Assembly: GCA_043228905.1 (NCBI GenBank)
Contig: JBHGNT010000005.1
Span: 7,254,001-7,318,000 of the forward strand
Direction of reading: 5' to 3'
DNA length: 64,000 nucleotides
Source: Azolla caroliniana
Lineage: Eukaryota; Plantae; Polypodiophyta
This document shows, in pieces, positions 23,545 through 37,008 of the stretch. A program made the translations under genes and the position numbers. The notes beneath the pieces are model-generated. The model saw only the letters and a list, made by a program, of their open reading frames with translations, made no database searches and had not been told where the DNA came from. Position 1 is the first letter of the stretch, and every line of letters starts with the position of its first letter.

Positions 23545-25497
23545 CTTTCTTTCATGAGTAAATAACCTTGAGAAAGAGAGGTTTAGGGTTTAGGGACACA
23601 ATAACCATACACGCCTGTATATTTGAACCGTTTTTTTTTGGGAGAGGGATTCCCCCTGTAGAGGGAGAAGCTCTGCACAGCCGACCTCATTGCCTTTAGT
23701 ATAATTAATGGCCTAATTGCGACCTATAACTATACTTAGGGCAATGAATAATGGAGGAAGAACAGAAATTAGTCTTTAATTTTGTTCAGGGTTCTCCTTC
23801 AAAAGGAATAAACTGTGCATGTCTGATTATTAACTAGGCACTTCTAGCTTATTTTTTATTAGTTTTTCAAATGGTGCAAAATATATTAGAACCATGGTCT
23901 TAGGTTTAAAACCTTTCAATACCTAAAGTCAACTTGAACCTTATCCCATATCCATCACATTTTTCTTTTGATTACATGAATTTTTGATGATTAATTAAAC
24001 TCGGCAAAGAAGTATTGATGCATTAATTTCCATACTTAATTGTGTCATCTACATTTGGGGTTTTATTTATGTTAGCTTTTAGGCGTTCTTTATTATTTAG
24101 GGCCCTTTACTATACTCTAGTTATAACTTATGAGTCATGACTAGTTCAATGTATCTAAAAATTTCTTGAATGCCTAACTTTAGTATCTAGTAGGCTTTAG
24201 GGTTTCAAGCCAAAACAATCAATTGTCTAGCCAACTTTTATTGCAAACAAATGACTTTCTTATGGATTTGCATTTGGAAATCGGGTGTAAACTAGGTCTA
24301 AAATGTTTTTAAAACCAACCAATGACTCACTTTTGTTGCATTCCAACTTCCATGATTTCTTTGCAGGCTATGTCTACAATTTAGTATAAGTTGGGTCTTA
24401 TGCACTAAAATGCATTGGTGTATGCTCGCTTGATTTCAATGTGTTTCGACAATATCTCTTTCACATTATGGTGAAGGGAATTAGACCAAGATGAATGCAT
24501 CGGTCGAATACACGATGAGGTTTGACGAGATTTTTATGAAATTATTGCCGAAGGAACATGACATTTGATAATTCCATGTGTCGTAGTAGATACTAGAGAC
24601 TTACTTGCAATGTTCAACATGTACATATACTAGAGGCCATTGAAGAATTAGAAGAAGAAGATGGTGATGATGTGATGAAGATCCCAATCAAACGAACCTT
24701 AGAAGCTAAAACAAAAAGAAGAAAAGGAAAATCCTTCTCTCTATTTATTTATTTATTTATTTATTTCATTCACGCTTCTTAAAGACGGTCAAATAAAAAT
24801 GTGATTGCATTAAATGAAGTAATAAATAAATATCTCAGAAAATGCAAAAATGTAAGTAGAAAATAAAAATTGAGGGTTTATAAAACAAAGAAAATAAAAA
24901 AAAGAAACGAAAATGAAGACAAAAAAGAAGAAAAAATAAATAAATGAAACGATGGAACAAGCAAAAAAAAAAAAAAAAAAACAAGTAGAAGAAAACATAA
25001 AAGTAGACAAAATAATAAATAAAGAGATAAAGGGATAGATGAAAAAAATGAGTAGGTACTTAAATAGATAAATAAAATATAGAAAGTTTAATAATCAAAT
25101 AGTAAAGTAGAGATAAGTAATTAAATAAATAAACAGTAAATAGATAGATAAATAGTGAATTGATAAATAGTTCATTATGTAGATAAATAGTTAAATAAAT
25201 AAATAAAATAAAATAAAAATAAGGAATTAAAATAAACAGATAGATGTATGTAAATTATGATCTCCCCGCGTCGAAGGCAAATACAAAAAACGCAGAAAGA
25301 GAGAGAGAGAGAGCGAGAAACGCCATCGCTAGAGAGAGAAGAAAAACACAGTGATTATTTCCAGAGAGAGAGGGACAGAGATAGAAACACAGAGACTACG
25401 ATAATACTATAGGGTAGGGGCTCCAGAGAGAGAGAGAGAGGGGAATATCTCCACAGAGAGTGAGAGAGAGAGAGAGATCTCCTCCATCTCCATCGCC

Positions 25498-28400
25498 ATG
25501 GACGAGTATGCAAGAGAGATGATGGACTTGAAGACGCTCGTGACTCGCGTTTTAGAGAAGAAAGGAGTCCTTGCCAGAATCCGTGTAAGTTCTACCTCTT
25601 CCTCTGAATCACTCTTGCTCGACCTCCATTCAATCGATATTCATTCAGCTCATTTATCTCGTTCATTCGATCTGCGGTTCTTCGAAAAACGAAACAGCAA
25701 AATAACTCTGCGTGCTAGTCTTGGATCTGCATTTCTGCAAATTCGCATTTTATTTTGCTCGTGTTTCTGCTTCATTGCTTACAGGAATGGCGTCGTTCTT
25801 CGTCTTCTGATTCTCTTCCTCACCGTTGTATGCATGATTCACTGCAGAATCTGAGTAAATATTTAGTTTATTTTATCACTCTCTTCCTCAACTTCATTGC
25901 ATTCTTGCAATTTCATCCACTGTTTACAAATGGAGCTTTCCTTCTTTTTCTCTCACGTTTTCCTTATCATTGTAGGATTCACTGTTTTTTTCTAAAAATG
26001 AAGGCATTTCGTGCCACAATGTGGGGAATGCGTTCTCGCTCTTTCTCACATTTCATTTCTTCACTTCCATCCAACTTATCGATCTGCCTTTTCTGCAAAT
26101 TCCTTTTTTTTGTTTGCTTTTTTTCTTTTCTTTGCAGCAGCTCTATCTCATTGTTTGCAAAATTCGAGTCTTCTTGTTTTCTTATCCTCCTGGTCATGTT
26201 TTTTATGCACGGTTCACCACAGAATCTGGTAGGTGTTTCTTTCTCCTGCTTAACTTCATTGCTGCATTTCCGCAAATTTGTTTTGGTTTGTTTTTTCCCC
26301 TTATTTTTCATTCTGCTTTGCTGTATTTCTATCGTCTTGTTCACAAAGTTGGAGTTCTACGTCTTCTCCTCATTATCTATTTATCCATGATTCACTGCAG
26401 AATTGTTTTTCTCTTTCTTACCTTCATCGCATGCTTTTCTGTTCCGTAAGCATCTTTACCATTTGTTTATTGGGAATTACTTCTTCCCTTAATGCCCTCT
26501 CTCATTTTTACACAGGCAGAATTAAGAGCGAACGTCTTTGCAGCAATTGAAGAAGAAGACAGAGGTTTAGAGAATGAAGAAAATCCAGCTTTTGCTTTAT
26601 TAGGAGCATCCAATGCACGTGCCAAGGAGCTTCACTCATCCCCCACAGGTATGAATTACCATTTTACATAAAGATCCAGATGTACTAATGCAGCCTGGAT
26701 AAACCTTTGCTGGAATTTAAGCATAGAGGAAATCTCCCAAATACCCCCGAGTTTTCTTTATTTCCCAAAGTTTTCATTATTTCCCTTGAATACATCGTTC
26801 TATCAAGATAAGATTTATATCTATGAACATGTCAGGACATGTTACTGAACCGTAATCTGTTTCTCTCTATGTAATTCGTATGTATATATCATTATGCATT
26901 GACATGTTATAATGTTGTAGACTAGTTTGCGATGCTTACTGGTGAAGTTGTGCTCTTTCTGCAGGCAAACTTTTGACAGCCCTTATCTGTGACTACCTGG
27001 AATGGGGCCATTTGGAACATACCTTGAAGGTTTATCTACCTGAATGCAATCTGGTAGTATAAGATATTCAAAGGCTTTTTGAGTAATCACTAATTCATTT
27101 ATGTATAACATGACAAAATTTTGTCTCTCAGCCTAGAGGATTTTGGAAATCGGAGCTAAAAGAAAAATTTGGCCAAACGACAGATTCAGGAGTAGGCAAA
27201 GATATGCCTCTATTAGTGGACATTGTTGAATCATACTTAAAGCAAGAGGTATATGTCTATCTCTGTAAAAGGTGCCAATGTCATGCCTCTATTGTTTGAG
27301 ATTGTCGTATCACATTATGAAAAGCAAGGGATATAGTTTCTAGCTAAAATGTGCAAGTAAGGAACTGCACAAACAGGATCTGGTTAGAGATGTTGGGTCT
27401 TAGTCTAAAATGGTTGTTAATGTGCAGAGAACCTTTTTTAGCACTTATAAATTATTTGTTTTAATGGTTTTGAGTTTAAATTTCTAGATAAGCAATAATT
27501 CTCTACCTTTTCATTTGAATTAACAAGAAGAAAGTTTCATAAACAAGTCTGAATTGTAGAATCTTTTTGTTGGTCACTTAAACAGCAACAAAGCTCGACA
27601 TCAAATCTGACTGGGAGCTTTGCAAAATTAGCAGTACGACGAACTGCACAAGTTAGTCCTGCTACTCCTGATGATTCACAAGTGGATATAGACAAGAACA
27701 ATTCAAATAGAAGACCATCATCAGCCTCTTTGACAGGTCGTAGAGGAGGGTAAGTTGTGTCCGTTTATCCTTAAATGGGATTCTATGTCTATCGGACGTT
27801 ATTGTGTTAAGTTAAAACTAAGTGATGATGTTGTTTGGTAGGTTGACACCAATTGGTCAAACACGCAATGGATTACCTCTTTCTAAAAATTATTCTAATG
27901 ATCAGAATGCAGCAGAAGACTCAGGTTTAGGGTTTTTTGCTATACTTTCTGTTGAATACATTAGTCATAGACATACATCGGGATATGCCTATGTGCTATA
28001 TGTATACTGTATTTTTTCTGTTTAGATTTAATAATATAAGATAATGATGTCCGTACAGATGCCTGTATACTTACATACAATGTATTTATGCCTGCAATCT
28101 AGAGTTAATCTCAAAGTGAATAAATGTCCTACACAATTTAAGAAAATAAAAGGTAATTTACATGGTGTAGCTTTGTTGGCTGATGTGCCCTTGGTTTAGC
28201 AATGCCAAGCTATTTATAGGGGCTCTGGTTTTAATGACAATTTTATGAGTTCTCAAGCCAAAGAAACGGGCAAAAGTTAAAGAGTATTCAAAAAGATGCT
28301 GAGTTCTGGTTTATATAGACCTTAGCCTTCAAGGCAATTTATGGGTTCACAAACTTATGAAATATAACAATTAATGGATCCAAATTTCAAGGTAGTCTGT

Positions 28401-29098
28401 ACTGAAATGGTTGGTAAGCAAGATGTCTTCTACTGATGTATGAAAACTTTAAAGTTTACGAGCCATTGAGACTCTTGGACACAAACTCCATTGAGACTCT
28501 TGGAGAAGTAAATTATATCAGTCGAAGTTTGATTGATGGCCAAGTTGATGGTGGTATGATCAATATGGATATTCTGCCCTTTGAAAAAAAATGGAACTGT
28601 GAATACAAGCCAACATATAAACTGTTTCTGGAGGTATAAAGATTCTCAATTGAATATTCAACTCTGTATTGATTAGTACTTTTGCTTGTGATCTTTTTGC
28701 AGCCAAAGGACAACATTAACTTCATATAATAACGCCTCTCTTGAGTAAGTTTCCTACATTCTCTTTTTAAAATCTTTTGCGTTTGAATGATGCAAGTATG
28801 GGCAATATGTTTTTGAAGTTTGTTTGGGATTCAAGTATATCACATTTGCTCGGTACAAGGACTTTCGTAATATGCATTTATGGGTGACAAATCTAGTTTT
28901 CAGTAGACAATATCAGGAATGATATCAAGTATATGGAGGCTAGTTCTATTGTGGGGACTTTGTAGTAATTACTGAGAATGTGTTACCATTTATCTTTGAT
29001 ACTAGTAACAACCACAATGTGTAATATGCAGGAGTGTTGAGGAGATTGTTGTAGAAGAAGATTCAGCTTTTGAGAATAAAAGCTGCTCATTGACATAA
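25498..29098 (+). CDS. TON1: TONNEAU1 (TON1, FOP-like LisH preprophase-band protein), multi-exon
   Basis: MDEYAREMMDLKTLVTRVLEKKGVLARIR/AELRANVFAAIEEEDR/GKLLTALICDYLEWGHLEHTLKVYLPECNL. GT-AG exons in frame: 25498-25584, 26516-26648, 26965-27053, 27132-27248, 27586-27749, 27842-27924. Last exons 28904-28928 and 29032-29098 are tentative. Confidence 0.92.
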
Positions 29099-30324
29099 GG
29101 TAGTTGTTTCTTCTGCTTAGGAAGTTCGACAAATCTGTTGTATTATTGGAACATAGAAAATCTTTGAGTGTGTGAGTATTATGCGTGTACTAGTAAATTT
29201 AAATACGCTACTAACCACTAACTATCAAATTATGTGTTGTCTTTCTTTAGGATATATTAATATATGTTATAATAGTATTATTCTTAATTTGCTTGGTAGG
29301 GTAATGAATGGTCAAGGTATGTGATGCTGCTTTAGCATGTATTGCTAGAGAAGCAAAGTAAGAATATATAGGTATATATTCTTATTTTGGTTCATCGGGT
29401 AATAAGTGAATGCTCATTTGGTGTGTAGTGGTCCAATCTTTTGGTTTATGGAATGTAATTGCCATTTTTTTGGTGATGTAAGCGTTTTGGTGCTTCATAC
29501 CATAAATTTATAAGACTCCAAATTTTTGGTGTTTTGGAATTTTCTCAGTAAGTGTAATATGGAAAATCTACATGCATTGTGAATTTTCAGTTTTTTTTTT
29601 AATATTTTGATATCTCAATTAGTTCCAAGTCCAATAGTGATTTTGCTGATCAATTCAATTGCTATTTTAATTCTGCAAAAGGTATACATGTATGTGATGT
29701 TTCAATTAGTTGCAATCACTTGTTTGGTCGATAAACTTGGGATGATATTTCATTCAATTAGTATGTCAATGTTTGAATTGGTTATATATAGTTGATCTAG
29801 GATGATTTTGTATATATATGAATTGAAAATCTATTTTCATGTGCAATGATTTAGGCACCTTTTTTTACTGACTTTATGCCAAACTTTGTTTTTCTGTTGT
29901 AATCTGTTTGTAAAATATACGAAGGTTTAGGTCTAAAGCTAACCTGTTTTTAAGTAATGGAACAATATGCAAATATATATATGTCAGGAAATGATCTATT
30001 CTTTCAAAACAATTGTGAAAAGGAATGAACATGGCTAATGCAATTTGAGGGTACATACAATAGCATCACAGTTCTTGTTGATTTGTTAACTATACAAAAC
30101 TGTGTTGTATAATACCGGATCGTTATCTCAATTTGAACTCTCAATGCCTCCTGAGCAAAGCCATTTGTTATGGCTGCTGAAGAGACCTTTGTGACATATC
30201 TCCTGATGCTAGAATGAAAAATTCATTGAAAGAATTACCAAAATGAAAATGGGAATAAACACTGAGCTATTATTTGTATTTTGGAATGGGAATATATCTC
30301 TTGCTTTTGAATTCTCATTAAAGG

Positions 30325-30597
30325 GTGCCTAAAGATTTTCTTCAGACAAACTCAAAGCCAGAATGGATGGTTCTGGATGTATTACCATTACTTCTGCCTG
30401 GGTTAAGACCAATAATTGAACTATATGAAGGTGAGTTGATTACCTCAGATTTTAATGAGCTTCACAGAAAGATAATTCATCAAAATAATACTCTTATAGA
30501 TATTCTATCAGGCAGTGAATTTACACCAGAAGGATTGATTATTTGTCAAAAAAGGCTCGTTTAATAAGCCATGAATGCCCTTATAGGTAATGGTATA
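30325..30597 (+). pseudogene. rpoC1: Nuclear plastid DNA (NUPT): rpoC1 fragment
   Basis: [48 protein letters not shown]...QKRLV, followed by stops. Confidence 0.9.
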
Positions 30598-30842
30598 ACT
30601 GATATTTTTTGGGGACAATTCCATATTACAATTTGATGAAGGAACCCTAGGCCATCCTTGGGGGAATGCACCTGGCACTGTAACTAACATAGTGGCTTTG
30701 GAGGTTTGTGTTCAAGATTGTGACAAAGGCTGTGATCTTGCTTGTGATGGTAATTAGATTATTTGTGAGGCTGGTAACTGGAGTCCCGAACTAGCTGCTG
30801 CTTTTGAAGTATGGAAAGAGATCAAATTTGAGTTCAATCAAT
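30598..30842 (+). pseudogene. rbcL: Nuclear plastid DNA (NUPT): rbcL 3' fragment
   Basis: Decayed (T)[22 protein letters not shown]...ALE.CVQ...[24 protein letters not shown], with a frameshift and a stop. Confidence 0.9.
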
Positions 30843-32037
30843 GCCCTGTTATCCATTTTCATAACTCTTTGATATGACTAAGTGATTCTGTGGAATCCAT
30901 GGAATGGGCATGGGATATCAGGAGAGAATCTATCTTTACCATACCCCTTCTGTATATATGGAAATAAATTGGTTGCTCGGACGAAGGCACATGGTACTGG
31001 ATCATTGATCTATGGGTTCAATCCTCCATCAATTCAAACTCTAAAGTAGAGGGTGGAGCGAGGATAGGCAGATTAGATTAAATAAAGGATTTACTCTGGC
31101 CTCTTAATTGTGTCCTATGTACAGTCTTTTTTGAAACCTTTGAACAATTAGCAAAAGGTTTTCAACATTACACCATTACACCCTAGACAGAAAGGTTTTC
31201 ACCAGTACATAAACACGGGTACGAAGGCCCAATGAAATTGAGTAATGTGGTGATCTCTTATACTTGTGAGGACCATGAAGGCTTTTGAAACTGAATCTAT
31301 TTTTACATTTTATTGATAGAGAGCAAAGTGTCAGCCAGTCACCATGTTAAAACATAATTTGCATATGGAATAAGTTTTTATTTGACATGACCACTATCAT
31401 TAATTATTGCATCCATCATTGTACCTCCCCTGACTTGATCCATGTTTTGTGTGTTCGATGTATTATCAACCATTCATATCCTTTCTCACATATATATGGG
31501 TTCATAAAAGATCCCAGAGCTAGATGTAGCTGTGTACGCCCCAAATTAGTGCTCCTCTGCATCCTGGGTCTAATATTTGCACAAAAGTCAACATAAAGCA
31601 AAATGTTGATTGATGTAACATATTGCTCATTTCATTCAAGTAGAGGTAGAAATGCGTAATGGAAATTGGGTAGCTCTATTTCACCCCTGTAGCATTGCCA
31701 ATATTATTCAAGCATTCCCTTGGGGACTCTCATTCAAATTTCAAACCATGGTCCATAGGTATTATGGAGAGAACTCCCACAATATATGTATGGAGATGCA
31801 GTAATTAGATCTATACCCTGTATTTTGGGTCATTCCCAATGGAGTATGAAGATATAATCCAGGGTAGAAAAAACACTTTTAAGGTCTTCTTAACCCCTAA
31901 AAAGAGAGAAGAAAATAATATGTTAAACTTCAACTGTAAGAGGCCACTAAGATCCAAATATGTTATATAACCCTGAACCCTTCAACTTTATGTTTAAATT
32001 CAATCCAGGCTTCTTCCATGAGAAATTGAAACTCCAT

Positions 32038-33966
32038 CTACATATATGCATCAGAATATATACTTGACATTAAGGCAAAGCCTGGCCCACTCGGATCTAG
32101 CATAGAGAGATACCCAAAACATTCTCTTCCCAAGTTCACATTGCCATATGTTTTACATGCAGCAAGTAATGATGTCCATCCTGTAATGTTGGTGATAATA
32201 GTTGGAACAGATTGGAGTAAATGTGCAGCTTCTTTAAGCTGACCAGTGCTACCAAGAAGGTCTATCATGCAAATAAAGTGCTCAAGCTCTGGACTCATGG
32301 AGTGGTTTGCAGTCATGGACTTGAAATTTTTGTATGCCTCTTCTACCTCTCCAGCATGGCTGCAAGCTGAGAGAATGCTAGTGTAAATGGTACTATTTAC
32401 ATTGATGCCCTCCCTCTCCATGTCCTCCAGGCATTGGTTGGTTAACCTCCAATCTGCGTTCTGAGCATGCCCTGCCATTACAGCACCCCATAGGACAACA
32501 TTCTCTTTCAGGGATTTGTCCAATGAATCCCGAGCATCCTCATTGCTTCCACATTTTGCATACATGTCTGTAATAGCTCCCTGCATGATTATGTCCATAT
32601 GAATGGTTTCAATTATCTCGCTATGTACCAGCATGCCCTGCTTTATGGCTCCCATGTTTCCACAAGCTTTTAAAACGCACACAAATATTATTTTATCTGG
32701 CTTAATCCCCTCATCTCGCATTTTTACAAACATCTCAATGGCAAGAAGCCCTTGCCCCTGCTCTATACAACCGCCAATTATAGCACCCCATGAGACCACA
32801 TTGCGAGCTGGCAAATCCTCAAATACTTGATAGGCCTCTTCTAAGCTCCCACATTTAGCATACATGTCCACAAGTGTGCTTCCCACAACAACATCGTACT
32901 CAACCCAGCCTTCTTCCGCCATCTTACGGTGTATCCGTTTACCTTGCTCTAGGTTTCTTATGTTGCCACAAGCTTTCAAAAGACAGGGTAAAATGATTTG
33001 ATTGGGCTTTACACCCTCCCTCTCCATTTGGTCATAAAGCTCAAGGGCTAACTCACCCTGCTCATTTTGAGCATAGCCAGTAATCATTGCACCCCAAGTA
33101 ACCACATTTCGATTGACAAGCTTGTCAAATAACCTGTGGGCACCCTCCAAATGGCCACATTTGGCATACATATAGACAAGAGTGTTGCTCAAAACGACAT
33201 CAAGGTCCAATTCAGCACGAACTACCATATCATGTATAAGCATTCCCTCAGTGAGAGCTCCAACACTGCCACAGGCTTTGACAACGCATAGTAATACAAC
33301 CTTATCTGGGAGTACATCTTCCTGGCACATTGTCTCAAATAGATGAAGAGCTGAAAGGCCACAATTATGGTAGACATAGCCATCTATCATGGCTGCCCAC
33401 GAGACAGCATTCTTATTTGGCAACTTTTTGAATGCTTTCTCTGCTTCGAGAAGGCTTCTGAGCTTAACATACATGTCCACGATGCTGCTTCCGATAACCA
33501 CGTCTGATTCACAGCCATATTGAATTATGGACCCATGAAAAGCTTTTCCATAGTCCAAAGATCTAATGCTTGTGCATGCCTTAAGAAGGGTTGGGAAAAG
33601 GAACTTGTTAGGTCGTATAATACCCTCCCAGCACATCTCCTGAAATAGTTCCAGAGCTCTATCACCATGGCCATGGACAGAAAATGCTGAGAAGATGGCA
33701 TGCCATGTGACCACACAAGGGTTGAGGGCCTTGGCAAAAACAAGGCTTGCTTCAAACAAGCTTCCAAATGAAGAAAAAAGGCGGATGAGCCCATGTCTTT
33801 GACTTACCAGTGATAGGGGATTTTGGTGTATTTCCTGAAGGCTGATAATGATGCAATGGGCATGCCTAGCACAGGATAAGTCTTTCTGATTTATTATATA
33901 TTCTTGCAGGTATTTGCTATGGGATGAACAGTCTAGATGACCTCTTAGGAACCTCGTGAGCATCAC
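32038..33966 (-). CDS. PLS-class pentatricopeptide repeat protein ending in a (truncated) E domain
   Basis: 642-aa intronless ORF with VVGSTLVDMYAKCG, NVVTWGAMITGYAQ, LEHFICMIDLLG and WTSLLAACKTYG motifs. No DYW domain. Confidence 0.93.
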   Translation of the reverse strand: MMLTRFLRGHLDCSSHSKYLQEYIINQKDLSCARHAHCIIISLQEIHQNPLSLVSQRHGLIRLFSSFGSLFEASLVFAKALNPCVVTWHAIFSAFSVHGHGDRALELFQEMCWEGIIRPNKFLFPTLLKACTSIRSLDYGKAFHGSIIQYGCESDVVIGSSIVDMYVKLRSLLEAEKAFKKLPNKNAVSWAAMIDGYVYHNCGLSALHLFETMCQEDVLPDKVVLLCVVKACGSVGALTEGMLIHDMVVRAELDLDVVLSNTLVYMYAKCGHLEGAHRLFDKLVNRNVVTWGAMITGYAQNEQGELALELYDQMEREGVKPNQIILPCLLKACGNIRNLEQGKRIHRKMAEEGWVEYDVVVGSTLVDMYAKCGSLEEAYQVFEDLPARNVVSWGAIIGGCIEQGQGLLAIEMFVKMRDEGIKPDKIIFVCVLKACGNMGAIKQGMLVHSEIIETIHMDIIMQGAITDMYAKCGSNEDARDSLDKSLKENVVLWGAVMAGHAQNADWRLTNQCLEDMEREGINVNSTIYTSILSACSHAGEVEEAYKNFKSMTANHSMSPELEHFICMIDLLGSTGQLKEAAHLLQSVPTIITNITGWTSLLAACKTYGNVNLGRECFGYLSMLDPSGPGFALMSSIYSDAYM

Positions 33967-36580
33967 ACATTCTCTCTCTCACTCTCTCTCAGGGAGGAGC
34001 ACCTAGACGTTACCTCATATGAGAGATTTTGTTTTATGAGGAGCCATGAGACCAAAATCATAACATTTTCACGTAATATTTGTGAAACGTAATTAGTGAC
34101 TGATTCTCATTGTTCAAGAACTTTACTAATGAATGAATGTTGCAATGACATTGAGAGAAATTCATGCACGGATTGGTTTTAGTCCAAGATGGGTGGGAAA
34201 GCATATGTATGTGGATGTAATCAAAGGCATTGTGTTCGATCGTGATACTTAAGACTCTTGAACTTGTTTAAAGCAAGACGTGTATAGTGGACGAGTCCGA
34301 TAATTTGTGTGCCAATGTCTTGTCTCAAATCGAAGTGAGCATGAACTAAATCATAAGGAACGATGGTTTGGGTGACATACAACATGATAGGCTCTAATAT
34401 CTGTATTGGTGTCTAGTTTTCTTGTTTCTTGAAGAAATGGTTTTGTAGTGAGGCACAAAATATGTAGTATGATGTGTGAAGTGTGAGCCTTTTCGAATGT
34501 CATGATACATTAGCATTGCAAAAAGGCCTCATTTACTAAGGAATCTATTAATGTATCATGAAGCTAATGTCTTGCATCCTATCTTCCAAACCATTTTTTT
34601 GTATCTTGCAACCAAAAGGAAGAAGAGGCCGAAATCCGGGTGTTCGAGAGAAATCACAAACAATAGGAAAAGTGATAGGTTTCCCAAAGCTCCATGGGTC
34701 ATGGGTTCAACCCCTAATTCCAAAGTGACATCTTGTAAATTAAAAGATATGTAAGGAGTAATAGAGCGATGAGAAAATTAGGTTTAAAACCCAAGACATG
34801 GTGTTGGTTGTGTAACAACTTATCAATATGGCAAGTTAATTACAATGAAAAAAAAAGATAGATAGCTATTTTTAATGTCAATAGAGTGGGGTATTCATAC
34901 TTTGAAGTACAAAAGTTATCTTGATGTGTGTCTCTCTCCTAAGATATTCATACTTCGAAGTACCAAGTCTCAATGTGTGAATAAGTCATACACATATGAG
35001 GCTCAACCTTCTAGGTGTTCTCTTTAGTGTCACCCTCAAGTCATCAGCCCCTCGTATTATATCATCATAGCTTTCACAAATTGCACTATATGCGGATGTA
35101 AAAAGCAAGTGATATTCATCCTCAACTAGCTCTTCCTTGCATACCTTACATTGCCTTTACATTTGTTTGATTTTAATTCCATAATGCAACTTCAATACCT
35201 AGGTTGTGTGATCGAGTTTAGGGCTCTACAAGTTAATACTCATGTTAGTAGTGAGGTAAATGTTGAATACAATCAATAGGCCTTATATAGAACCTAACAT
35301 TCAGGATTGCCTTATATAGAACCTAATATTCGGGATTGATGTTTGCAATGTAATATTCTACTTTTGTCTTTTTAGCATATTTCCACTTCTTCCTTAGTAG
35401 GCCCATTAATCTTTCCTCGATAACTACATATTTCATAGCATCACTTGAAAGCTCTAGGGTCACAACGATGAGGACACTCCTACACAATTATAAAATGAAT
35501 AAAGAGGGGTGGACTTGTGCATATTGGATTTCAAGCACCCTTTGCTAGAGGAAAGAGTCAATAGAATATCATCTACCTTGAATATCAATAATATCTCTTC
35601 TTACAAATAATAAGGATAGTGACCACACATGGGCATGATGCATGCCCATTACTTGTGTCTTCAATTACTTGGTTGAACATATTACCTCAACACATTAAGC
35701 TCTTCATGCCATTATGATTTACATCTACCAACAATATCTAAACTACACATTGAAGGATGATGTTGGTGTTTCTCTTATGACATTAGTGATCAAAGCATGT
35801 CTTCACCATCTTTGTCCAAGCTAACCTTTACATTGCAAAGAGAAAAATTGGACACCAATGTAAACTAACATAGTTTCTCATAAGATAGCAAAGGGAACAC
35901 TCCTAGCCCAATGATGGATTGTTAAAACACTTGACTATCCTCAACTAATAAACTCAAACTATCACCCAATCGTAATGCCACTACGTATACTAACCTCCAA
36001 GCATTGACATGAATCCCAAATTGTACAAGTTGAACCCAGATCCACACTTTTTACTTGAATGATGTAGGGGTCCGTTTTTTACTCTGATGAAGCAAGCTCA
36101 ATTATTCACTCATGTTGATTTTCTTATCTTGTTTTATATTCCTTCATTTCTTAGCCAATATCTTGGTATCTAGGGGCATTATGCAATTGCTCTACCTACA
36201 TGCCTATTCCTTTCCCTAGGGCCTTAATCTCTAATAGTATTTACGTTTAAGAGACACCTACATCTAGATCACCAAGTCGGGGATACTTCTATGAACTTAT
36301 TTGTTGGCCCTAACCTTCTAACTCTATGGCTGTGAGAATATATTTCTTTTTTACACAACTCCATATTCTTTAGTTTTTTCCGTGCTCAATTGAGATTTCA
36401 TGCATAGAAGCTTAAACATTATGAAATTAGGTGGTTGCAACTCCACGATTGGTTCAAAGAATATGTTGAAGCTTGAACATGTCTAATTCATGTACTCTTC
36501 CCTTTAAACGTTCTAATATCATGTGTGCATTGGTGGTTGTATGAGACGTGTACTTGGCAACACCAATTATCACAAGTTCG

Positions 36581-36705
36581 GTTCAAAGCATGAGCGTCTA
36601 AATGTGTGGATCATAGAATGCATGACCCTCTAAATGCATGGGGTTCAAAGCATGCGCATCTAAATGTGCGGATCATAGAATGCATGAACATCTAAATGTG
36701 TGGTC
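36581..36705. repeat. ~62-bp tandem duplication
   Basis: gttcaaagcatg.gc.tctaaatgtg.ggatcatagaatgcatga at ~36581 and ~36643. Confidence 0.7.
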
Positions 36706-37008
36706 TTCCAATATGTGTTGCACCCGACTCTCTAAACGTATGGAGTCTTCCAATGTCTGTAACGAGAGTAACCGATGTGTTGCGTGTGCATACATAAATC
36801 CAAACCTCCAATTTTAGAGATGGAGGAACATTGCAAATCGAAAACTAATACCTCTTCTATGTACATGATTCAGTTTTTTTAAGAGATTCGGATAAATGTG
36901 CCAATGAAATGTATACACCTCCATATGCCAAATCCTCTCATGGAAATAAATACAACGAGAATAACGGTGGTGGTTCATATACTAAGAACTTGCTAAATAC
37001 TTCAACAA

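Noticed and set aside
25585-26515. Several 90-210-aa hydrophobic or Lys-rich ORFs
   Set aside because: They lie in the T-rich intron 1 of TON1 and are compositional artefacts.
34200-36500. Possible decayed TE sequence
   Set aside because: No termini, TSD or clear protein motifs.
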